DNA from: a virus
DNA: 64,000 nt
Direction: 5' to 3' (one strand)
IMG/VR virus record: IMGVR_UViG_3300032285_004073
Span: 32,001 to 96,000 of that record
The position numbers and the translations under genes were made by a program. Positions 37,737 through 47,619 of this stretch are shown one piece after another; the first letter of the stretch is position 1, and each line of letters opens with the position of its first letter. The notes under the pieces are model-generated. The model saw nothing but the letters and a program-made list of their open reading frames with translations, was not told the DNA's origin and did no database searches.

Positions 37737-38495
37737 CTAGACTTTAAGGGCTTTATCCCAAACAAGAAGGTGTAATCTAGGACTAAAATTTACATGCATT
37801 GCTTTAGCATACTCTGCAACAACTGGAGCCTTTTCTATATGCTCTTCTCTAGAACCACAGCAAGGCATAAACCAAATACGGTCTCTAATTGCATTAATAT
37901 GATGCTTATCGTCAACATACTTTTCCCAAATTTCATTAATATCTTCTGATTTGTTAATAACAAATTTAAACCCTGATCCATTTCTTGCATGCCATTTAAG
38001 AACCTCTGGCTTGTAGGTTTTATCTTCTGGATCCCCGTTTGATCGGAGTTTAGGTGACGTTGTAAAAGTGGCATTAAAAGCATCTTTCCAAACTGGATCT
38101 GGCATTAAAGTAGCATTGGTTTCAAAATCAATACGCGGAACAATTTTATATTTCTCTATAAATGCTTGAATGAATTTAATTAATTGCTTCTGTTGAATAA
38201 GCGGTTCACCGCCTGTAAGCTTAAGAATAGCATTATGTGCTAAATGATTGATATAACCATTATCTTCCATAAGTTGAAAGATTTCAGCAAATGTCATTTT
38301 ATTCTTAACTGTCCAAGAAATAAATGAATCACATCCATTAGGAGAATCTTCTGAAGCAAATCCAATACACGTCAAATTACACATTGACATGCGCATAAAC
38401 ACTGAAGGTTGTCCTACAAATTCACCTTCACCTTCAATAGTATAAAAAACTTTATCATCCGACAAAAATAATGTCTCTGTATTAATATCAATCAT
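37737..38495 (-). CDS. queE: 7-carboxy-7-deazaguanine synthase (QueE, radical SAM)
   Basis: FYTIEGEG..GQPSVFMRMSMCNLTC..CDS, LTGGEPLIQ, FETNAT, SPK, FKFVI, FSPRLHLLVW. Confidence 0.95.
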   Translation of the reverse strand: MIDINTETLFLSDDKVFYTIEGEGEFVGQPSVFMRMSMCNLTCIGFASEDSPNGCDSFISWTVKNKMTFAEIFQLMEDNGYINHLAHNAILKLTGGEPLIQQKQLIKFIQAFIEKYKIVPRIDFETNATLMPDPVWKDAFNATFTTSPKLRSNGDPEDKTYKPEVLKWHARNGSGFKFVINKSEDINEIWEKYVDDKHHINAIRDRIWFMPCCGSREEHIEKAPVVAEYAKAMHVNFSPRLHLLVWDKALKV

Positions 38496-38525
38496 ATGAT
38501 CATATTATATTAAAAAGAATTTTAA

Positions 38526-40352
38526 TCAACTCTCCTTTATTTGAGTTTTACCGTTATGCTTCTCTAGGGTAATAATATTGCTTACACCGGCTCCAGATAT
38601 GTGGGTCTTATTATGTGAGATAATATAGACCGATTCGTTATAATCTGCAACCCTTGTGTTTAAAATCTCCATTATCTTATTGGCCCCTCTTTCATCAATA
38701 GCTGAATCAAATAATTCATCGTACATACTAAGAGAAAAAGAAGAACCTGTTTGAGTTCTTAATAAATCTTGAAACATAAACAGCACAGCTAAATCTATTC
38801 TCTTTCTTTCTCCTCCACTAAAGTTAAAATATGAACATTCTTTACCTTGATCATTATGAATAATTTCTTCAAACATTTCATTGAATTCACATTTACAGGG
38901 CGCTTCCAAGGCATTCAAATAGTAATTAAGTCTAGCATTTAAGACGCCTAACATTTTTTTGATAATATAAGTCTTAACACCTTCTTCGGAAACAATATAT
39001 TTTGCATTTTCAAGAATGTTTAATTTCTTTTGCAATTCTTGAATTGTCTTTTCTGTCTCAATAATTTCTATTTCAATATTATCTATAAGCTCTAATACCC
39101 CATCTTTTTCATTTCTTAATTCATTAATTTCTTCTTCGATTTCTCTATTTCGTTCTTGTAATTGATTCAATTCTTGAGAAGCCAATTCTAAGGATGATTT
39201 TTCTGTATTAAGATTTTTAATAGACAGTCTGGTGGAAGTAATAGCATTGTTTATTAACTTTTCTTTAGAAATTAATTTTTGTAAATTGGATTTTACAGGT
39301 TGTTTACTATCTTCAAGAGGAGATATTTGATCATCTATTTCTTTAATACATTTATCTAAATCCAGGCTTTCATCATATTTCCTTTTGCATGTAGGGCATG
39401 CTGCACCTTTTTTTAAATCTCCTTTTTGTTTTTCTAATTGCTTGATTTCATAATCAATTTGTAATAAAACCCCATTTTCACCGGAAATTTTATCTTTAAT
39501 TTTAGTATGCCCCTCTTCTAAATCATTTAAATCTTTTTCTTTAGACTCAATGCTTAGTTTTAAGCTGTCTATTTTAGACGTTACAGAGCTATTATTAGAT
39601 ACTCTATCAATTTTTTCTTGATTGTTCTTAATTTTATCTTTTAAATTAAGAATTTTATTGTTGCGATTTTCTGTATTTTTATTAACTTGGTTTTTATACA
39701 ATGTTAAATTTTTTTGTTGATCAATAAATTTACTAGCTACAATATCATTTTCTTTTTTAGTATCGTTATAATCAGCTCTAACTTTAAGTAATATTTCACC
39801 AAAAATGCCTAAATTTAAAATACCTTCTACAAATTTTCTTTTATCTATTTTTTTCTGACCCATAAAGGGTGTGGTGTTATTAGCTGTCATGATAACAGCG
39901 TTTTGAAAAACTTCTTCGTTGGCACCTATTAATTCTTTAATATAATCATCTGTCTTAGGCATAGAAGACAAAGAAATATCTTCTACTCGATCTTCTACTC
40001 GATCTTCTAAATGAACTTCTAATTTAACAGAAGAAGGTTCTAGTGTTCTGGTAATAGTATATTGTGTATTTTGTATTCCATCATTAATATCAAAATTTAA
40101 TATTACTTCACATCCTTTTTTAACTTGATTGTGAATAATCCTATCTTTTTTAATATCCCTCATGGTGCTACCAAATAAACACCAGAATAAAGATTCTACT
40201 AACGTACTCTTTCCTACACCATTGCGTCCACCCTTATCCCTGTTTTCTCCTGTGATAAGATTAATACCAGATTTAAAATTTAAAGAAACTTTATTTTCTC
40301 CAATAGAAAGAAAATTTTTAATTTGTATTTTCTTAAAAATAATTCTTTTCAT
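38526..40352 (-). CDS. gp46: Recombination endonuclease ATPase subunit (gp46/SbcC/Rad50)
   Basis: KNFLSIG, GRNGVGKST, coiled coil with CPTC hook, FSGGERKRIDLA, YDELFDS, IISH. Confidence 0.95.
   Translation of the reverse strand: MKRIIFKKIQIKNFLSIGENKVSLNFKSGINLITGENRDKGGRNGVGKSTLVESLFWCLFGSTMRDIKKDRIIHNQVKKGCEVILNFDINDGIQNTQYTITRTLEPSSVKLEVHLEDRVEDRVEDISLSSMPKTDDYIKELIGANEEVFQNAVIMTANNTTPFMGQKKIDKRKFVEGILNLGIFGEILLKVRADYNDTKKENDIVASKFIDQQKNLTLYKNQVNKNTENRNNKILNLKDKIKNNQEKIDRVSNNSSVTSKIDSLKLSIESKEKDLNDLEEGHTKIKDKISGENGVLLQIDYEIKQLEKQKGDLKKGAACPTCKRKYDESLDLDKCIKEIDDQISPLEDSKQPVKSNLQKLISKEKLINNAITSTRLSIKNLNTEKSSLELASQELNQLQERNREIEEEINELRNEKDGVLELIDNIEIEIIETEKTIQELQKKLNILENAKYIVSEEGVKTYIIKKMLGVLNARLNYYLNALEAPCKCEFNEMFEEIIHNDQGKECSYFNFSGGERKRIDLAVLFMFQDLLRTQTGSSFSLSMYDELFDSAIDERGANKIMEILNTRVADYNESVYIISHNKTHISGAGVSNIITLEKHNGKTQIKES
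39978..40009. repeat. Perfect 12-bp tandem repeat (about 2.7 copies) in gp46
   Basis: a-tcttctactcga-tcttctactcga-tcttcta, giving in-frame EDRVEDRVED. Confidence 0.9.
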
Positions 40353-40398
40353 TGTTTATAGATTATAAAGTATTTTTATAATTTATCAACTATGGAAA

Positions 40399-40926
40399 TT
40401 AATTATTAATGATTAAAAAACTTGTGCAAATATCTTCTGTTGTAGTATTTAAAGTTAAATTATTGTTTGATACAAATTCATCTACTGCTCTCATAACAGC
40501 AGTAAACATATTACAATAATCATGACCTGCTATTATACCGTTTTTTTTAACCTTTGTTTTTGCTAAATTTAAATCTATTTTACAGCCTTCGTAAGAATGA
40601 TCACCGTCTATATAAATAAAATCTAGATAATTATCTGGTAAAGAATTTAAAAAAATTTCGCTTTTTCCTTTAAAAAAAGATATTCGGTTTTCTTCTTTGT
40701 ATTTTTCTGTTAAAATTTTATAAGCATCTTCAAGAATGATATGCTTCATATTGCCCCCGTTTTTGTCTCCCGAACACATTGGACCTTCAAATAAATCAAC
40801 AAGATATAATTTTTTTGGATCTGTTGTGGAATATATAATTTCACTAAATGCTCCTTCAAATACTCCTATTTCTGCTCCAATGCCATTTTTTGGTATTAAT
40901 GTTAATAATTCTTCTCTAGTTTTCAT
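40399..40926 (-). CDS. Class I SAM-dependent methyltransferase (Methyltransf_24-like)
   Basis: GAEIGVFEG, YLVDLF, FIYIDGDHSYE, GIIAGHDY. Confidence 0.88.
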   Translation of the reverse strand: MKTREELLTLIPKNGIGAEIGVFEGAFSEIIYSTTDPKKLYLVDLFEGPMCSGDKNGGNMKHIILEDAYKILTEKYKEENRISFFKGKSEIFLNSLPDNYLDFIYIDGDHSYEGCKIDLNLAKTKVKKNGIIAGHDYCNMFTAVMRAVDEFVSNNNLTLNTTTEDICTSFLIINN

Positions 40927-41642
40927 AATTCAGATATAATGCTATTTATATAATTTAAATCTTTTCCAGTATAACAAGCACCTAAAAAATGTATTATACT
41001 AGAATCTTTAATTGAAATTTTATTTATACTATCCCACGCACCTCCTATATTTTTTAAATAAACAAAATCTGAAAGTGTTGGTTGTATTAAATTTAAAGAC
41101 GAGAAAAATTCATTAAAAATTGGTTGATCACATACAGCTTTATTTTTTACTGAATTTATGTATTCTAATAAAATATTAAAACTATTTAAATTAATTTTAT
41201 TAAATCCAAAAGTACCTGCATTAAAACCTTTAATAGAAAGATCGTAATTTGTATCACTAAATTTAAAATAGCCAATATTAGTATTAAGGCAGTCTACTTC
41301 TTTAACTCCGTGTATAATATTTTTTTGATTTTCTATACACTCAAAAACAGATTCGAGGGATTTAACTGGTATAGCATCTACATCTAAATAAAGAAAATTT
41401 TCATAATTAGATGCTAAATTTAATTTATTTATAATAAATTTAGCTGTATATTTAAAATCAAAATTATCAACTTCTATAATATGTGTTGGTTTTAAATCAT
41501 TTTCTAAAAACTGAAACCCTTTAGGTACAATACAACATGTATCAATATCTTTGTTATTATTTTTATTAAAACATTTTAAATTTATTTGAAGAATATCTTT
41601 ATATGCATTATCACATATATAGTAAATTAAATTTTTTTTCAT
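40923..41642 (-). CDS. GT-A glycosyltransferase (GT8-like)
   Basis: FLYLDVDAI, FNAG, CDQPIFNEFF, IIHF. Confidence 0.75.
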   Translation of the reverse strand: MKKNLIYYICDNAYKDILQINLKCFNKNNNKDIDTCCIVPKGFQFLENDLKPTHIIEVDNFDFKYTAKFIINKLNLASNYENFLYLDVDAIPVKSLESVFECIENQKNIIHGVKEVDCLNTNIGYFKFSDTNYDLSIKGFNAGTFGFNKINLNSFNILLEYINSVKNKAVCDQPIFNEFFSSLNLIQPTLSDFVYLKNIGGAWDSINKISIKDSSIIHFLGACYTGKDLNYINSIISEL

Positions 41643-42505
41643 AAAGCATTAAATCTAGCATTAATTTTTTTTTCTAAAACATAAAATTTAGACCCTTCTT
41701 CTATTTCATCATCCCATCGATTGTGCCAATGCCATGCGAATGCACCATCAAATAATTCTACAGATTCTTGTTTTTTAAATGGATTTAAATTTGTTCTTTC
41801 AAATCCCCATTCAGAATCAAACCAAATTCCGGGCAATACAGTTAAGTCGTTTTCAGAAACTTTACTATATAGATGATTTCCCCATATGTTTGTATTTTTA
41901 TTTTTAGGAGAAGTAAGAAGGTTTTGTAATAATTCAATAGATAATGAAGATTCTTTATCTAATTTCATTATAGCACCATTCATTGTTATTGAAGGCTCGT
42001 CTGAATTGAATCCAGAAGTACCCCATTGATATAAAAATTCTAAATCAGATAAAGGAGATAGATTTCTCAAAACTAATACATCCATATCTATATAAAATCC
42101 ACCATATTTATATAATACTAAAAGTCTGAACAAATCTCCTTCAAGATAACAAAGATCATCTTGTATTTCTTGAATGTTTATTTTACCTTCTAGTAAAGTA
42201 TTTTTGGTTTCTTCTAACAAATCCCATATTTTAAAATTTACATATGAAGAAACTTCTTTAAAATATTCGTTTTCTCTTAAATCTACATTAGACCAAAGAT
42301 TTATTTCTACATCTCTATGATTTACTATTATAGATTTTAAAACAGCAAGCTGTTTTCTTCCAAAATCTTTTGGTACTCTCCAAAAACAGTGAAAAACCAT
42401 CGGAATTTCTTTTTCCTTTAAAGTTTTAGCATGTGCTAAAGATTTTAAATAGGAATTTCTGTCTGGTCTATAAAGATCTAAATTATTATTTAATATTTTA
42501 ATCAT
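41639..42505 (-). CDS. GT32-like (DXD sugar-binding / Gb3 synthase-type) glycosyltransferase
   Basis: FHCFW, GDLFRLLVLYKYGGFYIDMDV, AWHWHN. Confidence 0.85.
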   Translation of the reverse strand: MIKILNNNLDLYRPDRNSYLKSLAHAKTLKEKEIPMVFHCFWRVPKDFGRKQLAVLKSIIVNHRDVEINLWSNVDLRENEYFKEVSSYVNFKIWDLLEETKNTLLEGKINIQEIQDDLCYLEGDLFRLLVLYKYGGFYIDMDVLVLRNLSPLSDLEFLYQWGTSGFNSDEPSITMNGAIMKLDKESSLSIELLQNLLTSPKNKNTNIWGNHLYSKVSENDLTVLPGIWFDSEWGFERTNLNPFKKQESVELFDGAFAWHWHNRWDDEIEEGSKFYVLEKKINARFNAL

Positions 42506-43151
42506 TTAATGCTTCGTTTTTAAAAACCATTAAAGTGTTTTTAACATGCGAACCGTTTGGTAAAAACGGATCTAAAACATTTTCAAACTTACCAACCTCT
42601 CCATGTTCATTCTCAAATCTATTATTTCTATAAGCAAAAATAGGTAATAAACTTCTTAAATTTAAAGATAAACTCTCTTCATAGGAAAAATTACTTTTCT
42701 TAAACTTATCGATCCAAAAATCAGCTACTTGGCAATTTACATGATGAAATCCGGGTTGCCCGGGTAATGCATGTGTCATTGCTACTAATTTACAACCTTC
42801 AAAGGTTTTCATAAAATTAGCACTATATTGTTCTTCTACATGTTCAACAAATTCACAACACCAAGCTAGATCATATGTTTTTTCTAAAATATAAGGAGCT
42901 TCCGTATAATCATGAATTTTAATGTGAGATTTTACAGGAGAACTTTCTATAGCATCAATAAAACCTTCTATACCTATACCTTCAATATTTTTATCTATAA
43001 AATATTTTAAAGAATGTCCCGCACCACAACCAACATCTACCATGCTTTTGATTTTAAACTTTTCTATTAAAGCATCCCAAACTTGTGGAGCCCATGTTCC
43101 GATATCATTTGATATTATACATCCTCCTAAATGTGATTTTTCTGTACTCAT
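42498..43151 (-). CDS. Class I SAM-dependent methyltransferase
   Basis: MVDVGCGAG, GIGIEG, YDLAWCCEFVEHV, GFHHVNCQ. Confidence 0.85.
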   Translation of the reverse strand: MSTEKSHLGGCIISNDIGTWAPQVWDALIEKFKIKSMVDVGCGAGHSLKYFIDKNIEGIGIEGFIDAIESSPVKSHIKIHDYTEAPYILEKTYDLAWCCEFVEHVEEQYSANFMKTFEGCKLVAMTHALPGQPGFHHVNCQVADFWIDKFKKSNFSYEESLSLNLRSLLPIFAYRNNRFENEHGEVGKFENVLDPFLPNGSHVKNTLMVFKNEALND

Positions 43152-43927
43152 TGGTTATTTGTTTTTTCTAATATAAAATTTCTATATGTTATTGGCTTTC
43201 CGTCGAGTTGATGTCCACTATTACCTTGCCTTTCATTAACAAATGGTTTAAATTTATTATTAATAAATTCTATTTGTTTATCTGTATCTAAAGAATAGAT
43301 AGGCTCAAAATCTGCATTATAAAAGAATATACTAGGTCTTTCGGGTCTATTAAGATAACCATCATTATAAACATCAATTAGATTTTCCGTTTGCTGCCCC
43401 GGAATTAAAATAACATTATTAAAATCTAATACTTTTATTTTATAATTATATTTTTTAAGTATATCTTCTAGCATTCCTAGTGAATATCCGAAATAATGAC
43501 TACCATCCCAGAAATAATCTTCATCATATTTTACTGAAAATTTAATATTGGCTGGAATCTTTTCGTTTATTTCACTTACTATTACTGAAGGTTTATATTC
43601 ACTTAATATTTTATCTAAAACAAAAAAATCATATCCATCTATATCTAAAGTTAGATAAAACCCGTCTGGAACATTATTTTCTCTTAAAATTTTTAAAATA
43701 TTTTCGGGATTTACTTTTGTATTTAAAACTTTAACTTTAGTATTTTTTAACTTTTCTTCTTGTATAGGAAATTTTGCAGGGTCGCATTCAAACATTAAAC
43801 CTTCCCACCCATTACGAAATAGTAATTCAGATTCTGAAGCTTCTGTATAACATGAAGCGCCTATATCAACAAAGTACTTTACAGGAAGAGTTAAAACACT
43901 ATCTTTAATTTTATCAATGGTTGTCAT
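43148..43927 (-). CDS. FkbM-like methyltransferase
   Basis: FVDIGA, GWEGLMFE, KVNPENI, LTLDIDGYDFFV, KPSVIVSEIN. Confidence 0.75.
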   Translation of the reverse strand: MTTIDKIKDSVLTLPVKYFVDIGASCYTEASESELLFRNGWEGLMFECDPAKFPIQEEKLKNTKVKVLNTKVNPENILKILRENNVPDGFYLTLDIDGYDFFVLDKILSEYKPSVIVSEINEKIPANIKFSVKYDEDYFWDGSHYFGYSLGMLEDILKKYNYKIKVLDFNNVILIPGQQTENLIDVYNDGYLNRPERPSIFFYNADFEPIYSLDTDKQIEFINNKFKPFVNERQGNSGHQLDGKPITYRNFILEKTNNQ

Positions 43928-44729
43928 AATTTTTATTTTTAATAAAGTCCGTCCAATAACTTATTTTAAGTTTTTCAAAATTCCACTCTTTTTGAATAAT
44001 TTCTGTATATTTTTCTTCCAAAAAATTTTTTTCTATTTGATTCCAATTTGTTATGAATAAAATTGGTAAATCGGTAAAAAGATGATGAGCATTTTCATAC
44101 CTTACGATAGGAATACTACCCATATAAAGTGTTTCCCATAGTCGGTGTGTATCAATACCATTTCCCTTTGGACAAAACACAAATTTTGATTTTTTTATAT
44201 CCTTTAAATATTTTTTTCTACCTTCTAAAGAACAGTCCACCGTTCCTTTATTTACCCACGATTCGTTTGAGAATTTTTCAAAAATTAAATTTCTTTCGGA
44301 ATGATTTGTTGATGTATTAATGTTTAAATAAGATAACTCAATTTTCTGTAAACTACTATCATTAAAAACATCAAACATAATATTTGTATTTCCATAAATC
44401 GGATGAAGATTGGATTCGTTAGAATTATTGGTTATACCAAGTGGTATTCCAAAACAATTATCTTCTTTATTATCTTTATTTATACAAAAAATTTTTTTAA
44501 ATTTTTTTGCTATATTAGTAGTTATGGGATAATCTGAATGCCCAACTACACAAATATTATCTACTCTAGTAGGATGAATACTACCTCTCCAATCAAAAAC
44601 TCCAGTATAAAAATAATCAGTTTTTATATAACATATATTATTTTCTAAACAAAATTTTAAATATTTATCTGTTGTAATAATATCAGATTCATCATATGTA
44701 AAATTTTCTATTTTCATACTAATATCCAA
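43914..44729 (-). CDS. Exostosin-like (GT47-type) glycosyltransferase
   Basis: SKFVFCPKGNGIDTHRLWETLYMGSIPIV. Confidence 0.8.
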   Translation of the reverse strand: MDISMKIENFTYDESDIITTDKYLKFCLENNICYIKTDYFYTGVFDWRGSIHPTRVDNICVVGHSDYPITTNIAKKFKKIFCINKDNKEDNCFGIPLGITNNSNESNLHPIYGNTNIMFDVFNDSSLQKIELSYLNINTSTNHSERNLIFEKFSNESWVNKGTVDCSLEGRKKYLKDIKKSKFVFCPKGNGIDTHRLWETLYMGSIPIVRYENAHHLFTDLPILFITNWNQIEKNFLEEKYTEIIQKEWNFEKLKISYWTDFIKNKNYDNH

Positions 44730-45388
44730 TTTAATTTAATTTTATGATTAGAATCAGGTCTTGCGGGTATATTATGATAATATACTTTTATATCTATATC
44801 TAGGCTATCTACAAAATCTTTGAAAGAAGAAGAAATACAATGAATTTCTTTTGCATTTTCTATTAATTTTCTATAATCAAACATTATATTTGTATGTTTT
44901 TCTACAAAAATTTTTTTTATTTTATCATCTATTAATTTGTATTTGATTCTATCGATACCGTCACTCCCTTTATTATGTATTAATACATAATCTTCTTTAT
45001 TAGGATTTAATTTATTAAAAAGATCTTCTTCAGATTCTTTGTTTCTTTTTATATAGAAAGATTCCCATCTTTTATTAAAATCTATACCAGCTTCTATATA
45101 AAAAAGTTGATCCCATGTTATATTTTCTGGAGGAGACTTAAATCCAACTTTAATACATGGGATATTATTGTTTATAATAATTTGATCAGCTTGCGAATCA
45201 TCATTAACAATAAAAAAAGATAAATTTTTAACATCTTCATACATAAACTTTACTGATGGTAAATTATGTTTTTTAACAATTAATTTGTAGAATTCAAATT
45301 GATTTTTTTTTATAATTTCACGAACTAGTCCATTACATATTATATGATCTCCTAATCCCAAATGGTGATATATAATAAGTTCTTTCAT
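44714..45388 (-). CDS. Putative GT-B glycosyltransferase-like protein
   Basis: HHLGLGDHIICNGLVR, AKEIHCISSSF; GT9-like N-terminal GLGD; island context. Confidence 0.5.
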   Translation of the reverse strand: MKELIIYHHLGLGDHIICNGLVREIIKKNQFEFYKLIVKKHNLPSVKFMYEDVKNLSFFIVNDDSQADQIIINNNIPCIKVGFKSPPENITWDQLFYIEAGIDFNKRWESFYIKRNKESEEDLFNKLNPNKEDYVLIHNKGSDGIDRIKYKLIDDKIKKIFVEKHTNIMFDYRKLIENAKEIHCISSSFKDFVDSLDIDIKVYYHNIPARPDSNHKIKLNWILV

Positions 45389-46269
45389 TTTATTAAAAAA
45401 TTTTTTAATGTTCTAGTTGCTTTCCATCCAAATATACAACACGTTTTTGATATATCTGCACAACTATGCTTTAGCTCTCCGATTTTTCCTTCTGTATATT
45501 CAATTTTATCAGAAATCCAAGAAGCTAATTGATTGATTGATATATCATTACCAGTGCCTACATTATAACAATCTCCATAAGAACTTAATTCTGTAGAAGA
45601 TGCTTTTATATTGATGTCCACGACATCATTTACATCAACAAAATCTCGTGTTTGAGTACCATCTCCATAAATCAATAAAGGTTTATCTTGGTTTTTATTA
45701 TTTAAAAAATTAACAAGCACTGAAGAGTATGGACTAATAGAATTATTTTTTCCATATACATTAAAATATCTCAGTGAGATTGTTTCTATCCCGTAAAGAT
45801 TATAATAAATCTTGCAAAGATTTTCTCCATATAATTTAGACACAGAATATAAATTTAAAGGATCAACTTCATCAAATTCTCTGTATACATATTTGTTATT
45901 TGATTGTTTATATACTGCTGAAGTAGAAGAAAATATAAATTTTTTTACATCCATTCTTCTACAAGCTTCCAAAACATTTAATGTAATATTTGTATTATTT
46001 AAACCACTTTCTCTTGGAAATTTATTACAATAATCTATTGATATGTCAGCTGCTAGATGGAAACACCTATCTACTGCATAAAAGCAGCTGAGTATCTCAT
46101 CGAAATTATTTAAATCATAATTATAATATATAGCACCATCTACAATATGATTATTTTTATTATTAGAGCTGTTATTATCGATAACGATTACGGTATCTCC
46201 AAGATCAACTAATCTTTTTACCAAATTACTACCAATAAATCCTTTACCGCCAGTAACTATACTTTTCAT
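45385..46269 (-). CDS. NAD-dependent epimerase/dehydratase (extended SDR)
   Basis: VTGGKGFIGSNL, FHLAA, FSSTSAVY, YSVSK (YxxxK), LRYFNVYG, GDGTQTRDFVDV. Confidence 0.95.
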   Translation of the reverse strand: MKSIVTGGKGFIGSNLVKRLVDLGDTVIVIDNNSSNNKNNHIVDGAIYYNYDLNNFDEILSCFYAVDRCFHLAADISIDYCNKFPRESGLNNTNITLNVLEACRRMDVKKFIFSSTSAVYKQSNNKYVYREFDEVDPLNLYSVSKLYGENLCKIYYNLYGIETISLRYFNVYGKNNSISPYSSVLVNFLNNKNQDKPLLIYGDGTQTRDFVDVNDVVDINIKASSTELSSYGDCYNVGTGNDISINQLASWISDKIEYTEGKIGELKHSCADISKTCCIFGWKATRTLKNFLIK

Positions 46270-46926
46270 TTATTGTTTTAAAAAAACCATATCCCACTCT
46301 ATAGTTTTTATGGGTTTATATCCTTTATTACCTAGGAATTTTACTATTTCGTTTGAATTATAATTTTTTTCTATTAAAAAACAATATATATTTGTTTTTT
46401 CAAAATTTATAGAATTTAAAACTTGAAGTTCTGCACCTTCTACATCAATTGATACTAAATCAATATTTAATAAATTGTATTTTTCTAATAAAGTTTGTAA
46501 TTTAAATGTTTTTATTTTTATTTTTTTGTGTGTAGAATATAAATCGTGTCCTACTGGATAATCTTTATATTGATTTAATTCTCTATTAATTCTTTCTTTA
46601 TGTTCTTGTGGATAAAATTCAATTATTCCACTTAATACATTACAAGGACCTCCAATACTTAAAAATTCCACTTCTCTTTCTTCGTTAGAGATAGCACAAT
46701 TTTCTTTAAATGATAAAGGACGAGGATGTAGATCCATTTTATTAAATTCAATAGGATTTGGTTCTATTAATAAACCAGACCAATCCCTTTCTTTTTCAAA
46801 AAACCACGTATTAGATGCTCCAAATCCGTCCAATGCACCTACTTCTACAAAAGTTCCTTTTGTTTTTTTATTAAAAATTTGTTCATCTAAAATTATATCT
46901 TGATTTATTTGTGATTTACTATTCAT
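46270..46926 (-). CDS. FkbM family methyltransferase
   Basis: SQINQD, FVEVGALDG..SNTWFFE, GLLIEPNP, IDLVSIDVEGAE. Confidence 0.9.
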   Translation of the reverse strand: MNSKSQINQDIILDEQIFNKKTKGTFVEVGALDGFGASNTWFFEKERDWSGLLIEPNPIEFNKMDLHPRPLSFKENCAISNEEREVEFLSIGGPCNVLSGIIEFYPQEHKERINRELNQYKDYPVGHDLYSTHKKIKIKTFKLQTLLEKYNLLNIDLVSIDVEGAELQVLNSINFEKTNIYCFLIEKNYNSNEIVKFLGNKGYKPIKTIEWDMVFLKQ

Positions 46927-46938
46927 GTTTATTATTGT

Positions 46939-47619
46939 TTAATAAATGTTTAAAGATTGTATATATTCATCTGCTGGCCCAAAGAATTTATCATTTTCAT
47001 CTATAGGTTGACCAACAAACCAAATTTTATCTCTTTCTACATTTCTTGGAGTCGGAAAATCACAATCATGGGTAATATTATCATATTGTGCATATTTTTC
47101 GTATATATATTGCAAGAAATATTGATCCATACCATGCATATCACTGTTATGTTGGATATAATGTTTTATATGGTCTTCTATATCCGGAACTATACCACCT
47201 TTAGAACCAAACATACCACCTAAAATAGGATAATCTGGTGTTCTGTGATATTTTGGATGGTCTTTCATTATATGAAAAGACTTCCCAGATTCTAACCATT
47301 GATCCACTGCTTCTTTTTCTCTTATGCTTAATCTACAGTCTGTATCTCTAGACATAAAATAACTGATATCCTTTTCTCCAAATGGTAAAAACCTATACAT
47401 CATAGAGTAGTGACTACCTTTTCTTTTACATAAAATAACTTCTGTATTGGGAAATTTTTCTAATTCTGGAATTAAATCAAAACATTCTTTAAAAATATAA
47501 AATCTGCATGTCCAATCTGGAAATAATTTTAACGCTAATTCTGCATTTTTTAATGCTCCTATGCTATACATAGGATGTGTTCCATAAACACAAAAGGTTA
47601 TTATTTTTTTAGTTTCCAT
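46939..47619 (-). CDS. Putative GT-A-like glycan-modifying protein
   Basis: ITFCVYG, MYRFLP, MSRDTDCRLS.RE..AV..W, FHIMKDHP.H, ILGGMFG; island context. Confidence 0.55.
   Translation of the reverse strand: METKKIITFCVYGTHPMYSIGALKNAELALKLFPDWTCRFYIFKECFDLIPELEKFPNTEVILCKRKGSHYSMMYRFLPFGEKDISYFMSRDTDCRLSIREKEAVDQWLESGKSFHIMKDHPKYHRTPDYPILGGMFGSKGGIVPDIEDHIKHYIQHNSDMHGMDQYFLQYIYEKYAQYDNITHDCDFPTPRNVERDKIWFVGQPIDENDKFFGPADEYIQSLNIY

Noticed and set aside
29516-38495. que genes as a host tRNA-queuosine auxiliary pathway
   Set aside because: Not excluded, but disfavoured: no queF, queA or canonical tgt in the window, and the genes are embedded among DNA replication genes with a DpdA-like partner
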